Below, piece after piece: positions 11,200 to 20,942 of a DNA stretch of 64,000 nucleotides. Under the pieces are notes generated by a model that ran no database searches, was not told where the DNA came from, and saw only the letters and a program-made list of their open reading frames with translations. The stretch lies in NCBI GenBank assembly GCA_965140415.1, contig OZ223209.1:448001-512000 (forward strand). Reading direction: 5' to 3'. The first letter of the stretch is position 1, and every line of letters begins with the position of its first letter. Source of the DNA: Myxococcota bacterium. Its GTDB lineage: Bacteria > Myxococcota_A > SURF-8. The position numbers and the translations under genes are program-made.

Positions 11200-11949
11200 G
11201 TGTTGATCGAGCGTCACAGCCCTTCCGGCTGGTTTCAGGCGCTGTGGTCGGAATGCCTGCCTTTGCTCGTTTCGAAAAATGATTGGCGGCGTTTTACGAT
11301 GCAGGCCTATGGTCGCATGCCGATCTTCTCCGAGGACAATCATAACCGTCAGCTATTCGACTGGGAAGCCAAAGCCATCGACACGCAGTTTCCCATTGCA
11401 CCCGCCAATGTATTGGTTGCAGCGGCAGGCGGAGGACGGGAAATGCTGGCGCTGATCGAACGCGGTTTCAAGGTGGCGGGCTTCGATCCTCACCCGGATT
11501 TCATTCAATCTGCAAAAAAACGTCTGTCGCCCGAAAACGTCTGTGCGCTTGAAGTTGCAGGCTACGAAGAACTTCTAAACGGCATCGAAAGCATCGATGC
11601 CGCCGCCCCCTACGATGCGATTCTGTTGGGTTGGGGCAGCCTGGCGCATGTGGGAGAAGATGAGACGAGACGCCGCCTGTTTCAACGGCTGCACGAACTA
11701 TGTCCGAAGGGACCGTTACTGCTTAGCTGGCTTAGCCCTCCGCAACTCGACCGCACGCGCAGAAAAACGAGACGTCGGCTGCAACGAAACAAGATTCTAC
11801 CGGAGCGCATCCGCGATCACTACGACACGCACCTGGGTTTCATTCATCTTTTCGATGAAGGGGAGATCCGACAACTGGCGCAGGAAAACGGCTATCGAAT
11901 CGTGCTGTACGATGAATCTTTAGGACAATGTCATGCGCTACTGAGATAA
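11200..11949 (+). CDS. Class I SAM-dependent methyltransferase-like protein (start uncertain)
   Basis: Motif-I-like VLVAAAGGGRE, then GFKVAGFD and YDAILLGW. Candidate starts are 11110, 11200 and 11299. Confidence 0.7.
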   Translation: MLIERHSPSGWFQALWSECLPLLVSKNDWRRFTMQAYGRMPIFSEDNHNRQLFDWEAKAIDTQFPIAPANVLVAAAGGGREMLALIERGFKVAGFDPHPDFIQSAKKRLSPENVCALEVAGYEELLNGIESIDAAAPYDAILLGWGSLAHVGEDETRRRLFQRLHELCPKGPLLLSWLSPPQLDRTRRKTRRRLQRNKILPERIRDHYDTHLGFIHLFDEGEIRQLAQENGYRIVLYDESLGQCHALLR

Positions 11950-11985
11950 AAAAACCGGCCTCGCGTTTTGCACGAAGCCGGTTTC
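11949..11985. terminator. Intrinsic terminator between convergent genes
   Basis: AAAAAACCGGCCTCG...CGAAGCCGGTTT hairpin with an A-tract. Confidence 0.7.
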
Positions 11986-12018
11986 CAATGCGTTACCTAA
12001 AACAAGGTTTTCCGTTCG

Positions 12019-14352
12019 CTATTGCGCGGTTCGTACACAACGGGCAATGGAGGTGTTCGTTTTGCGGTTGTAAACGATCGGTCCGTTGGTGTCGACCTCG
12101 GCGAGCATAGCCCAAACGGCACTATCCGGTTTGCTGGTGCCTGTAAAATAGCCTGCCGTCATACTGGGAATATCGCTGTATGGCGGAGCGTCCTTGTCGA
12201 AATTGACGATAGTCAACAGCTCCATGAAGGTCGGCAGCCGCCAATCGTTGTATCCGTTCCATTCAAGAGCTTCACAGGTCGACAGAGCGCTTTTCCAGTT
12301 TTTGTAGCCTTCGGTGGACGTTTTCCACATCAGGTTCGCCAAGTGGTCAACCACCACGGTTTCCGTGCTTCCCTCTGTCGAAAAACGCGTGGCGGGCAGT
12401 GTCACTTCTTCGTCGACGCGGACGCAGCGAACCGCGTTTTCCTGTGTTGCGGCTTCACGGTTGGCGTATACGTCGGCGAACTGAACGTAGAAGTATTGGT
12501 TTGCCGGTGCGTGATAGGAAGAAGTCCAGTAGTTTGCACTCGACGTATCCGCAAAGTAGGATCGGTTCACAGCCGGAGCGCCGTCACCCATATCGAACAG
12601 CGAGAGCAGTTCCGCGATACCCGGCAGATGCCAGTCCGAATAGCCGCCGTAATCCAGGTTTTCGCAATAGGCCTCCGCTTCATCTTCCGTACAAAGCGCG
12701 GCATTACCGGCTTCGCAGCCTTGCGGCGCGGTAGAACTGACTCGTTGCCACATCAAGCCGGTCACATCATCTTTTACCACTTCCCCTTCCGTTGCGGCGG
12801 AAGGACAGGGATCGAGCAGGCTTCCGGTGTTGTAACAGGAATAGGAGCGTCCGGTGGTATAATACGTTCCGGCCTGGCCGTAAAAATCTTCGCCACTTGC
12901 CGGGCAGGGATTCAGTTCGCCACTATCGCCGAAGCAGGTGTACTGCGCAGTTGGAATGTTCCAGCAGAAGGCATGGCGGCAGTAATCTTCCGGGTAAACG
13001 GTGCCACTCTCTTCTTCGACTTCCGCCTCCGCTTCGGGTTCCGCTTCCGGTTCAAGTTCCTCTTCCGGTTCGATTTCAGCTTCCAGTTCTTCTTCCATAT
13101 CCGCTTTGACTTCTGCATCCAAGTCGCCATCGGATTCCATTTCCCACACATCCGCTTCCGTCAGATCGAGATCGCCATCTACTGCGTGTTCTTCTTCCGC
13201 AACTTCAAGCTCGACATCTCCATCTGTAACCATGTCTTCTTCAACATCCATGTCAGGGTCGTCATCGCCATCCGGCGTACCTTCCGTGCCGTCCCCGTCA
13301 ACGTCCCCATCGATGATCGTGTCGCCGTCTGCATCACCATCTAAATCGTCCTTATCCGCAGGCGGTATCACATGGTCTTCATCGCCAAGCGCATCACCGT
13401 CTGCCGCGTTTCCTTCACCGATGGTCACCACCCAGTTGCGATACAGACCGACGCCTTTTTCTCCTTGTAACGCCCAGAGAAATACCACCTGGTCGCCGAC
13501 TTCGAGATTGCTTCCGAGTGTGCATTCAATGGGGATCGAACGCACCGATTCCCCAGCCGCCGAGCTTCCGCCGCGTTTTCTTGCTGTAGTCAGATCCACC
13601 GGAATCTTTTTGTAACCGGGATAATTGGGAGTGGACACAATGACGAACTCGACGGTGCCATCGAAATCCGTTTGTAGATCGAGCGAAAAAGAAGCACCCG
13701 GCATCAGTTTATCCGGTGCATCGATCAAGGAAATCTGGGGAACCTCCTGACCGGACAGGCCCTGCGGGCGTCCGCTGTCGAAGCTCTCTTCGCCTTGGGC
13801 GCTGATCAGTTCCAGACTTTCCGAAACCGCGTAGTTCGAATGCACATCATCGGAGATCGTCACAGTCTGCGCAACGTAAGCACCAAGTACGCCGTCGGCG
13901 GTTTTAAGCGCGAAATACAGGGTAAAGGTTTGTCCTGCCAGTTCCATTTCGTTTCGAAGAATACCGGACAGATCGACGAGACCCGTAATCGGAGACGCAC
14001 CGACCTTGATATAGCCGTCAGCCTTCACGCCGTCTTTCTCGGCATACATGATGGTTTCTTCCACAAGCTCCGGCTCTCCAAAATCGGTTTGCAGGGTAAT
14101 GGCAAATGGTGCTCCCAGTTGCAGGCTGCTTGCTTGGATGGAACTGATCTGCGGAGCATCGGTGCTGTCGCTTCCTTCGGGAATATCTCCTTCGATGGTT
14201 TCACCGTTGTCGAAATCAAGTGCGTCGGTCAATCGATCGGCCAACTCGGATGCAACTTCACCCGCATCGGTATCCGAAGAACAGGCGGGAAGCAGTGCGA
14301 GAAGAAGAACGGTCAGCAACAGGAACTGGATCGTGCGGCAATGGTTGTTCAT
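12019..14352 (-). CDS. Lipoprotein with Asp/Glu-rich linker and two C-terminal DUF1566 (Lcl-type) domains
   Basis: Lipobox LPAC, DGD/EPE acidic linker, and two DUF1566-type motif sets (VTGLMWQ...YCENLDYGGYSDWHLP..EL; LMWK...CEALEWNGYNDWRLPT..EL...ARCVR). Confidence 0.85.
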   Translation of the reverse strand: MNNHCRTIQFLLLTVLLLALLPACSSDTDAGEVASELADRLTDALDFDNGETIEGDIPEGSDSTDAPQISSIQASSLQLGAPFAITLQTDFGEPELVEETIMYAEKDGVKADGYIKVGASPITGLVDLSGILRNEMELAGQTFTLYFALKTADGVLGAYVAQTVTISDDVHSNYAVSESLELISAQGEESFDSGRPQGLSGQEVPQISLIDAPDKLMPGASFSLDLQTDFDGTVEFVIVSTPNYPGYKKIPVDLTTARKRGGSSAAGESVRSIPIECTLGSNLEVGDQVVFLWALQGEKGVGLYRNWVVTIGEGNAADGDALGDEDHVIPPADKDDLDGDADGDTIIDGDVDGDGTEGTPDGDDDPDMDVEEDMVTDGDVELEVAEEEHAVDGDLDLTEADVWEMESDGDLDAEVKADMEEELEAEIEPEEELEPEAEPEAEAEVEEESGTVYPEDYCRHAFCWNIPTAQYTCFGDSGELNPCPASGEDFYGQAGTYYTTGRSYSCYNTGSLLDPCPSAATEGEVVKDDVTGLMWQRVSSTAPQGCEAGNAALCTEDEAEAYCENLDYGGYSDWHLPGIAELLSLFDMGDGAPAVNRSYFADTSSANYWTSSYHAPANQYFYVQFADVYANREAATQENAVRCVRVDEEVTLPATRFSTEGSTETVVVDHLANLMWKTSTEGYKNWKSALSTCEALEWNGYNDWRLPTFMELLTIVNFDKDAPPYSDIPSMTAGYFTGTSKPDSAVWAMLAEVDTNGPIVYNRKTNTSIARCVRTAQ

Positions 14353-14553
14353 TTGAATTTACCTCCAACGGTTACAGGAGTGTAACGAATCTAAACTAGA
14401 TCGCTTTTTCTATCTCATTTTAGATGTTACGTCAACATAATGACTCTATTTCTTAACACATTCTAAAGATAGTTATTCGCAGGGGAAGCAAGAAAAATTA
14501 TACAACTATCCCATCTCCCCACACCATCCTATTGCCTGATTCGAAGACACAAC

Positions 14554-17500
14554 TTAGTAGCAGTAGTTGCTCAGCTCGGTATAGCTTTCAGAGTAGCACT
14601 GGGCGCAGAGGATCTGCCCTGTCGTGCCGTTCTTTGCACCGGCGCTGACTTGGGACGAACCGAAATAAATGTGCGTGGAGGGCCCACCCGCGCTAGCCGT
14701 AATGGCGCTCTGGTTCCCGTACAACACCGAATGATCAATGTACAAGTTGTAGGCAACGCCAACAATAGAACTCTGATTGGATACAAGCATAGACTGATCG
14801 CCAGAACTGTCGTTGCTCAATTTACTTCCGCGAATGCTTCCCTTGGCCGTTTCAATCATGCGGAAAGTGTGAGCGGTGTATGAGGAACACTCGTATAGTT
14901 CAATTTCACTGTCCGTAACGGTCGTGCTGATACCGTTATTGCTCAACACGCCCACGGCGGTGGCGTTCATATCACCGCGCACCTTGATTCGACTATTGCG
15001 TATGGATACTTCGGCGATATAGGCGTAAATGCCGTATTGAGCAGTGGTCGTATCCGATCCAAGCACGGAAATGGTACTGTCCACCATTTCCAGAATCATA
15101 TTCTCGGAAGTTCCGCCATTGCCTTCGATGGTGATGCCGTAGTGAGAGGCATCATCGCCGGTGACCGTAATGGAAACATGATCCAGCATCAGGCTTCCGG
15201 CCATCGAAGCAACCGTGTGAGTAATTCCACGGCAATTGCCTGCATTTCCGGTTTCGATGGAAACATACAGTAAGGAGGGTGAAACGCCCTCGCTGTAAAA
15301 TGCGGTTGCGAACGTGCCTCCACCGCGATTCTTGATGCTTAAGTGGCGCAGTTGCGAGTTATTGTTTCCTACAATGGTTCCGGCATTGACACCGCTATGG
15401 CTGTCGGACGTAATGAAGGTCATGCCCTGACCCGAACCTTCGATGTCTACGTATTGCTGCATGTACAGGCTGGCGTTCTGTAGATCGAATTCACCGGGTC
15501 CGATTTTAACCAGATATGGCGAAGTTGCGGATGCTCCGGTAATACCATTGACAGTATTGAGCAGCCGTTCTCCGTCGGCGGCGCTGTCACCGGTGGAATA
15601 AACATGAATCGTTTGGGAATACTCAGCCAGCATTCGGAATTTCGCACCGCCATCGTTACTGACTTCGAAGCGATCCGCTCCCGAGCTGTAACGCAGGATG
15701 CCGTCCGGGCTTATACCCTGCTTGGCGACGATCCAGACATCGGTGTCGTTGGTGTCGTCACCTACGGTCAGATCCTGCCCGACCACCATGCTACCGTCCG
15801 TTTGAAGTGTGCTGCTCATCGGTGAATAAAGGTTCGTACCACCGATAGTCATTTCAAAACCGCTGCCGCTTACATTCGGGAAACTGACGCTACCGGCATT
15901 TACGGTAAAGAGATCGCTGGAAGAGATACCCAAACTGGCATCGCCTTGTACTTCCAAGGTGGAGAGGGTCGCTCCTGCCGGAGTCGTTGCGCCGATTTCC
16001 GTATTGTCGATCGAGCCGCCACTAATGGTCAAGTTGTCCGCCACTTCGTTATCCGCCCAGGGATAAGTCGTGTTAACCCAGTTTCCGGTCAAGGTCTCCG
16101 CCGCCGTGATATCCGGTCCGACGCTATCGATACCGCATTCCCAAGCAGTCGAACTGATGTTCCACTTGAGCACGTAGCCATCTTCGCAGCTTGAGAGCAG
16201 ACCGAAATCCGTGCCGCTCATTTCCAGACCGCGATTGGTTAAAACATCATACGTAGTATCATCGTCCACGCCGTCGGAGAAACCGCTGGGAACGCTTTGC
16301 AATTCGCTCCAACTATGACCATGATCGCTGCGGGAAGCCTGGGTACTGGTACCGTCGCTATCGAAATTCACGGCCAAGCTCAGATCGCCGCTCGTGCCGC
16401 CGCCGGTCAAGCCGTCTCCGGCCGTCACGCCGGTCACATCGCCGCTGGTGGGCGCATAGGTTTCACAGATCCAGCTCGATCCGGAAAACTTCAGAATGGA
16501 GTTGGCCGAACAGCTTTTGATCAAACCGATCATGTTGCTGCCATCGATTTCGATACCGTTCGTTACATCGCCGCTGTAGATGGTATCATTGTCCACGCCA
16601 TCAGCAAAGCCGCTGGGGATGGTCTGAATTTCACTCCAGTCGTGCAGGTGGTCACTGCGAGACACCTGTGTGCTGCTGCCATTGGTATCGAAATTCACAG
16701 CCAGGTTCAAATCGCCGCTCGTGCCGCCTCCGGTCAAGCCGTTTCCGGCAGTCACGCCGGTCACGTCGCCACTACCGACCTCGTCGATACGGCATTCCCA
16801 AAACGATCCCGACTGATCCCATTTCAATATGTAGCCGTCATCGCAGGTGGAGAGCAGACCAAACTGGGTGCCATTCATTTCCAAGCCGCGATTGGTCTGC
16901 ACGCTATAGGTGGTATCGTTGTCCACGCCATCGGAGAAGCCGCTGGGAATACTTTGCAATTCACTCCAATCGTGTTGATGGTCGCTGCGGGCAACCTGGC
17001 TGCTGGAACCGTCGCTGTCGAAGTCTACCGCCAATGAAACACTCCCCGCATCACCACCGCCGGTCAGACCCGTACTTGCGATAACGTCAGTGATGTCCCC
17101 GCTCGATGTGGTGTAGGGTTCACAGATCCAACTTGTTCCGGTGTATTTTAGCACGGATTCGGGCGAGCAGCTTTTGATCAGACTGATCGCGTTACTGCCG
17201 TCGATTTCGATACCGTTCGTCGCATCGCCGCTGTAGGTGGTGTCGTCGTCCACGCCGTCGACAAAACCGCTGGGGATGCTTTGCAATTCGCTCCAGTCGT
17301 GTAGATGGTCGCTGCGGGAAACCTGCGTACTGCTGCCATCACCATCGAAATTCACCGCCAGACTCAAATCACCACTCGTACCGCCACCGGTCAAGCCGTC
17401 GCCCGCCGTTACGCCGGTAACATCGCCAGTGCCGCTTTCATCGGGGGCACAGATCCAAGCCGGGATTTCCGAATCCCATTTCAGCACTTCGCCTCTTCCA

Positions 17501-18930
17501 CAGGTCGAAAGTAAGCCGAAGTCATTACCGGTTATTTCCAGACCGCGATTAGTCTGAACGCCATAGGTGGTATCGTTGTCCAGATCTGTTGCGCAATACC
17601 AGGTACTGCCGCCGAGATCCCATTTTAAGACCTGACCGTCTGTGCAGCCAGGCAGCAGACCAACCTGGGTACCATCGAAATACAACCCGCCGCCTGTGGT
17701 GGCGCTGTAAAGTGTGTCGGCATCGGTATCGCAGTTCCAGAGCTGACTGGTATCGTTCCAGCGCAGCACGTTGCCTTCGTTGCAGTTGCCGACCAGTCCG
17801 ATTTCCGTACCGCTGACTTCGATGCCTCGTCCGCTCATGGCGCTGTAGGTCGTGCCGGTGGTATCGATCAGGACGCAGTCCCACTGCTGTTCGAGCGCAT
17901 TCCAGGCCAAGACCTGATCCGCGCCGCAGTCGGTGCGTAAGCCGATTTCATTGGCGCTGATAACCATGCCGCCGCCGGTGGCGGGATTGTATTGCGTATC
18001 GGCATCGGTGGAACATTCCCAGTTTTGGTTGGTGTTGTTCCAGCGTAGAATCTCGCCATCGGCGCAGGTGGCGATCAAACCGATTTCCGTACCGCTCACT
18101 TCAATACCGCGATCGATCATCGCCGTGTATACGGTGCTCGATCCGCCGATGGTCGTACATTCCCAACCCGATAAGGCGGCATTCCAATGCAATACCTGCG
18201 TATCGCTGCATTGGGTCGATAGGCTGATGGTGCCATTGGCGATTTCCAAGCCGCTGCCCGCAACGGCGCTGTACTGAGTGTCGTCGTCGACGCCGTCGGC
18301 AAAGCCTTCCGGGATCTGCTGGATTTCGCTCCAGAGATGGCTGTGAGTCGATTCGGAAAATCCTTCCAGGCGCGTATCGATTTCGGTTTCGGTGTAATAC
18401 AGATCGTCGTGATCGTGGGTGACGGGAGGAAATTCCTCTGGTTTATCCGTGATTTCATCCCAGGCGTGATCATGTCCGGCAAAACTGAAGGCGTCCGCTT
18501 CCATGCCTTGAATACTCTGTGCATCGCCAGCCGAAAGGGCGTAAGGCACCGACGTAACCCGGAGTTTTCCCGGCAGCAGCAGATCTTCATCGACCAGATA
18601 AACCTGGAAAGCCAAGGCGCGACCTGCATTTTGCGTCAGAATCGGCGCTAATGAACCAGGAGTCTGATTGCCACTGACGCCCAATTCCACGCTGAGCCAG
18701 CCATCGAGCGTTTCTACATCGGCAAACGTTTCCGTCCATAGTACAGTATCGGTATCGCCGGTTTCAAGCAGGCGAACTTCCACCCCACCCTGATAGGAGA
18801 ACCCCGCATCGCCGTCGAATATGCGCGCGGAAAGTTGCACCGAGGTCGGTGGAGCCGCCTGGACCATAGGCAGCCACAACACGATCAGGGCCAGAATGAT
18901 GAAAAGTCGAATTGTTGAAGTCAGGGACAT
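14554..18930 (-). CDS. Large secreted repetitive fibre/adhesin-like protein with probable C-terminal beta-helix
   Basis: Signal peptide, SVPYAL motif, HxH motifs, ten Cys/Trp repeats, four longer GDVTGVTAG repeats, and a pectin-lyase-like C-terminus (PYLVKIGPGEF...YVDIEGSG). Confidence 0.8.
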   Translation of the reverse strand: MSLTSTIRLFIILALIVLWLPMVQAAPPTSVQLSARIFDGDAGFSYQGGVEVRLLETGDTDTVLWTETFADVETLDGWLSVELGVSGNQTPGSLAPILTQNAGRALAFQVYLVDEDLLLPGKLRVTSVPYALSAGDAQSIQGMEADAFSFAGHDHAWDEITDKPEEFPPVTHDHDDLYYTETEIDTRLEGFSESTHSHLWSEIQQIPEGFADGVDDDTQYSAVAGSGLEIANGTISLSTQCSDTQVLHWNAALSGWECTTIGGSSTVYTAMIDRGIEVSGTEIGLIATCADGEILRWNNTNQNWECSTDADTQYNPATGGGMVISANEIGLRTDCGADQVLAWNALEQQWDCVLIDTTGTTYSAMSGRGIEVSGTEIGLVGNCNEGNVLRWNDTSQLWNCDTDADTLYSATTGGGLYFDGTQVGLLPGCTDGQVLKWDLGGSTWYCATDLDNDTTYGVQTNRGLEITGNDFGLLSTCGRGEVLKWDSEIPAWICAPDESGTGDVTGVTAGDGLTGGGTSGDLSLAVNFDGDGSSTQVSRSDHLHDWSELQSIPSGFVDGVDDDTTYSGDATNGIEIDGSNAISLIKSCSPESVLKYTGTSWICEPYTTSSGDITDVIASTGLTGGGDAGSVSLAVDFDSDGSSSQVARSDHQHDWSELQSIPSGFSDGVDNDTTYSVQTNRGLEMNGTQFGLLSTCDDGYILKWDQSGSFWECRIDEVGSGDVTGVTAGNGLTGGGTSGDLNLAVNFDTNGSSTQVSRSDHLHDWSEIQTIPSGFADGVDNDTIYSGDVTNGIEIDGSNMIGLIKSCSANSILKFSGSSWICETYAPTSGDVTGVTAGDGLTGGGTSGDLSLAVNFDSDGTSTQASRSDHGHSWSELQSVPSGFSDGVDDDTTYDVLTNRGLEMSGTDFGLLSSCEDGYVLKWNISSTAWECGIDSVGPDITAAETLTGNWVNTTYPWADNEVADNLTISGGSIDNTEIGATTPAGATLSTLEVQGDASLGISSSDLFTVNAGSVSFPNVSGSGFEMTIGGTNLYSPMSSTLQTDGSMVVGQDLTVGDDTNDTDVWIVAKQGISPDGILRYSSGADRFEVSNDGGAKFRMLAEYSQTIHVYSTGDSAADGERLLNTVNGITGASATSPYLVKIGPGEFDLQNASLYMQQYVDIEGSGQGMTFITSDSHSGVNAGTIVGNNNSQLRHLSIKNRGGGTFATAFYSEGVSPSLLYVSIETGNAGNCRGITHTVASMAGSLMLDHVSITVTGDDASHYGITIEGNGGTSENMILEMVDSTISVLGSDTTTAQYGIYAYIAEVSIRNSRIKVRGDMNATAVGVLSNNGISTTVTDSEIELYECSSYTAHTFRMIETAKGSIRGSKLSNDSSGDQSMLVSNQSSIVGVAYNLYIDHSVLYGNQSAITASAGGPSTHIYFGSSQVSAGAKNGTTGQILCAQCYSESYTELSNYCY
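16120..18280 (-). repeat. Intragenic repeat array in the fibre-like gene (approximate bounds)
   Basis: Ten ~46-aa units of Y..GxEI.G..IGL...C..G.VL.W......W.C. The last four alternate with four ~65-aa units of GDVTGVTAG.GLTGGG...SDHxHxWSE....PSGF.DGVD.DT. Confidence 0.85.
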
Positions 18931-18944
18931 GAGCTTCCTCCTGC

Positions 18945-20096
18945 TTATCGACCGATTAGACCGTCAGCCGTAGGGCCAAGGGTCATGCGTGTTTGTAGGT
19001 TCGCTCCGCTTACGAGCGCGGTAGGATACAGAAAAGCGGGTTGCACCCGAAAATCCAGCGGTGTGGTGTCCGTATCCGGATCGGAATCGACATCGAGATC
19101 CTGATCGCCATCGCTTTCCGGCGCGACTTCCTCATCGAGATCGGAGTCGCCCCCTTGATCCCCATCGGGAAGAACCACCGTTCCACCGATTACAATGCTC
19201 CAGCCTCGATACAGACCGACCGTTCCATCTTCCGTTTTCAGGGCAAACATGAAGGTGACGACATCTCCGGCAGAGAGTTTTTCGGCATCCAGTGTGCCTT
19301 CAACGCGCATCACACGGCCTTTGTCGGTATCGATCAGTGAGCCTTCGACATCGAAGTAGCTGGTGCTGTTGGGCAAGGTCATGATGGCGCTGATAATCGG
19401 AGTGGAACCCTGATAATCGGTGAATAGATCGATGGTAAACGTATTTCCGGGCAGTAACAGGTCCGGGCCCTCGATTTTCTTGATCTGGGCGGCGGTGTCG
19501 CTGCCGCTGCCGCGCGGAGCCTCTTCGTTGATCAAGGTGGCATTGTCGCCAAAAGCGACGGTATCGACTGGCTCGCTCAATTCCTGCGGAGGCTCATCGG
19601 GAATGGCGAAGTTGGTAGGCCGATACAAACCCGTGCGGCCATCGCTGGTCTGTAGTGCGAAATTAAGGGTGAACGACATGCCTTGCAATGTCGGATCCCC
19701 CTTCAGGGTTCCGAACAGGGTCACCAGATTTTCGAACAATGCTGCCGGAACCGCGATATAGCCGCTGGCTCCAACGACCTGCACGATGACTTTATCTACC
19801 TTTTCCGGTTGTTCGAAGGCGCTGGAAATGCCGACGGAAAACGAGGCTCCCAGCCGGAAGCTGTCCGGACCGTTGATTACGACGATCTGAGGCGCACCGG
19901 AACCGGCTTCACCTTTGGGAGGCTGACTGTCTTCATATTCGCCGTCTTCGAATTCGAGTGCGTCGGTCAATCGGTCGGCCAGCTCGCCGGCCAACTCTCC
20001 GGCGTCGGTGCCGGAATGGCAGGAGGATAGCCACAACGCGGGAAGCAGCAGAAAAAGAACCGGCAACATCGGCGCGAGTGAGCGAGATGTAGTCAT
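18945..20096 (-). CDS. Lipoprotein paralogous to the N-terminal region of 12019-14352
   Basis: Lipobox WLSSC. DAGELAGELADRLTDALEF matches DAGEVASELADRLTDALDF, with shared FAL.T.DG..G.Y and VGLYR.W motifs. Confidence 0.85.
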   Translation of the reverse strand: MTTSRSLAPMLPVLFLLLPALWLSSCHSGTDAGELAGELADRLTDALEFEDGEYEDSQPPKGEAGSGAPQIVVINGPDSFRLGASFSVGISSAFEQPEKVDKVIVQVVGASGYIAVPAALFENLVTLFGTLKGDPTLQGMSFTLNFALQTSDGRTGLYRPTNFAIPDEPPQELSEPVDTVAFGDNATLINEEAPRGSGSDTAAQIKKIEGPDLLLPGNTFTIDLFTDYQGSTPIISAIMTLPNSTSYFDVEGSLIDTDKGRVMRVEGTLDAEKLSAGDVVTFMFALKTEDGTVGLYRGWSIVIGGTVVLPDGDQGGDSDLDEEVAPESDGDQDLDVDSDPDTDTTPLDFRVQPAFLYPTALVSGANLQTRMTLGPTADGLIGR

Positions 20097-20354
20097 ATCA
20101 TCTTCCGTTCGATTGCGAGGGAAACGCGTCCATACCTGAACGAGTTCCCATCGATCATCGTTTCATTTCACGTTACAGAGGAACTACCCACCTATTAAAA
20201 TAGCATGAAACCCCAATCTCTTCAACTTTAGATCGAAAAAGAGGGTCGATTATTCAAACCTATTTATCACAATAATATCAAATACATACAATCATCTTGC
20301 ACAATGTCGGCAGAAAGCGGCTAGTGCTTTTGTAAGCATCGGGTCGCTAAAGTC

Positions 20355-20384
20355 TTGACAGGGCAAATCGTTCTTGCCTATCCT
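20355..20384 (+). promoter_or_regulatory. Putative sigma70 promoter
   Basis: TTGACA-18 nt-TATCCT preceding a structured leader. Confidence 0.45.
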
Positions 20385-20398
20385 ATAGACAACTGGAG

Positions 20399-20544
20399 AT
20401 ATTCGCCACCAGTGAACCGGTGGGTCCGCATATGCATATGCGGGAGGCTTCTGAAAAACAGTGGAGGGGCGGTGAGTCGGTCGGGTTGCTCGCAAATCAT
20501 GCCGCGAGTAATTCGACTGAGTGTGTTGATCGACTGGCGGATGT
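20399..20544 (+). ncRNA. Candidate structured RNA/leader of unknown family
   Basis: Closing helix 20399-20408/20535-20544, perfect palindrome 20426-20443, and a 17-bp G-U-containing stem 20477-20520. Confidence 0.35.
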
Positions 20545-20578
20545 GAGTGGTAATCAGTTGTTGAAAGGATCTCGTACG

Positions 20579-20821
20579 ATGAAATGGAACGGAATGCCGC
20601 CACGCAACCCTGCGCGCTATAATACGGTTGACAGCGGGGTAAAGTGCCCGACCTGCGGAGAAGGGTCTCTTTACCCGCTTTTCAGTTGTTTGGAATCTCA
20701 TTTTGTCTGTTCGAATTGCGACGAGCGTTTCAGCCTGGAATCCTTGGTGTTCAAGCTTTCCGACAGCGACTTCGATTCTTTGGCAGATCTTGTCGGACAT
20801 CGCTATTGCGACCGAATCTGA
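20579..20821 (+). CDS. Small dual-CxxC (zinc-ribbon-like) protein
   Basis: 80 aa with CPTC and CSNC pairs, a central Cys and a C-terminal YCDRI. AAGGA RBS upstream. Confidence 0.75.
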   Translation: MKWNGMPPRNPARYNTVDSGVKCPTCGEGSLYPLFSCLESHFVCSNCDERFSLESLVFKLSDSDFDSLADLVGHRYCDRI

Positions 20822-20942
20822 ACGAAACGAGATGGATTGACTCGATACCACGCGACGGTTGAGCCACGGTCGTCGCAGCCCGGACAGGGCAATACTGTAC
20901 ATCGAACGGAAACAACAAGCTTGGTTGGGAAAGGAGTGTCCA

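Noticed and set aside
12019-12800. DUF1566 domains as diversity-generating retroelement targets
   Set aside because: No reverse transcriptase and no template repeat with adenine-specific differences seen in the window.
14554-18930. Prophage tail fibre gene
   Set aside because: It has a Sec signal peptide and is flanked by lipoprotein genes, with no phage structural genes present.
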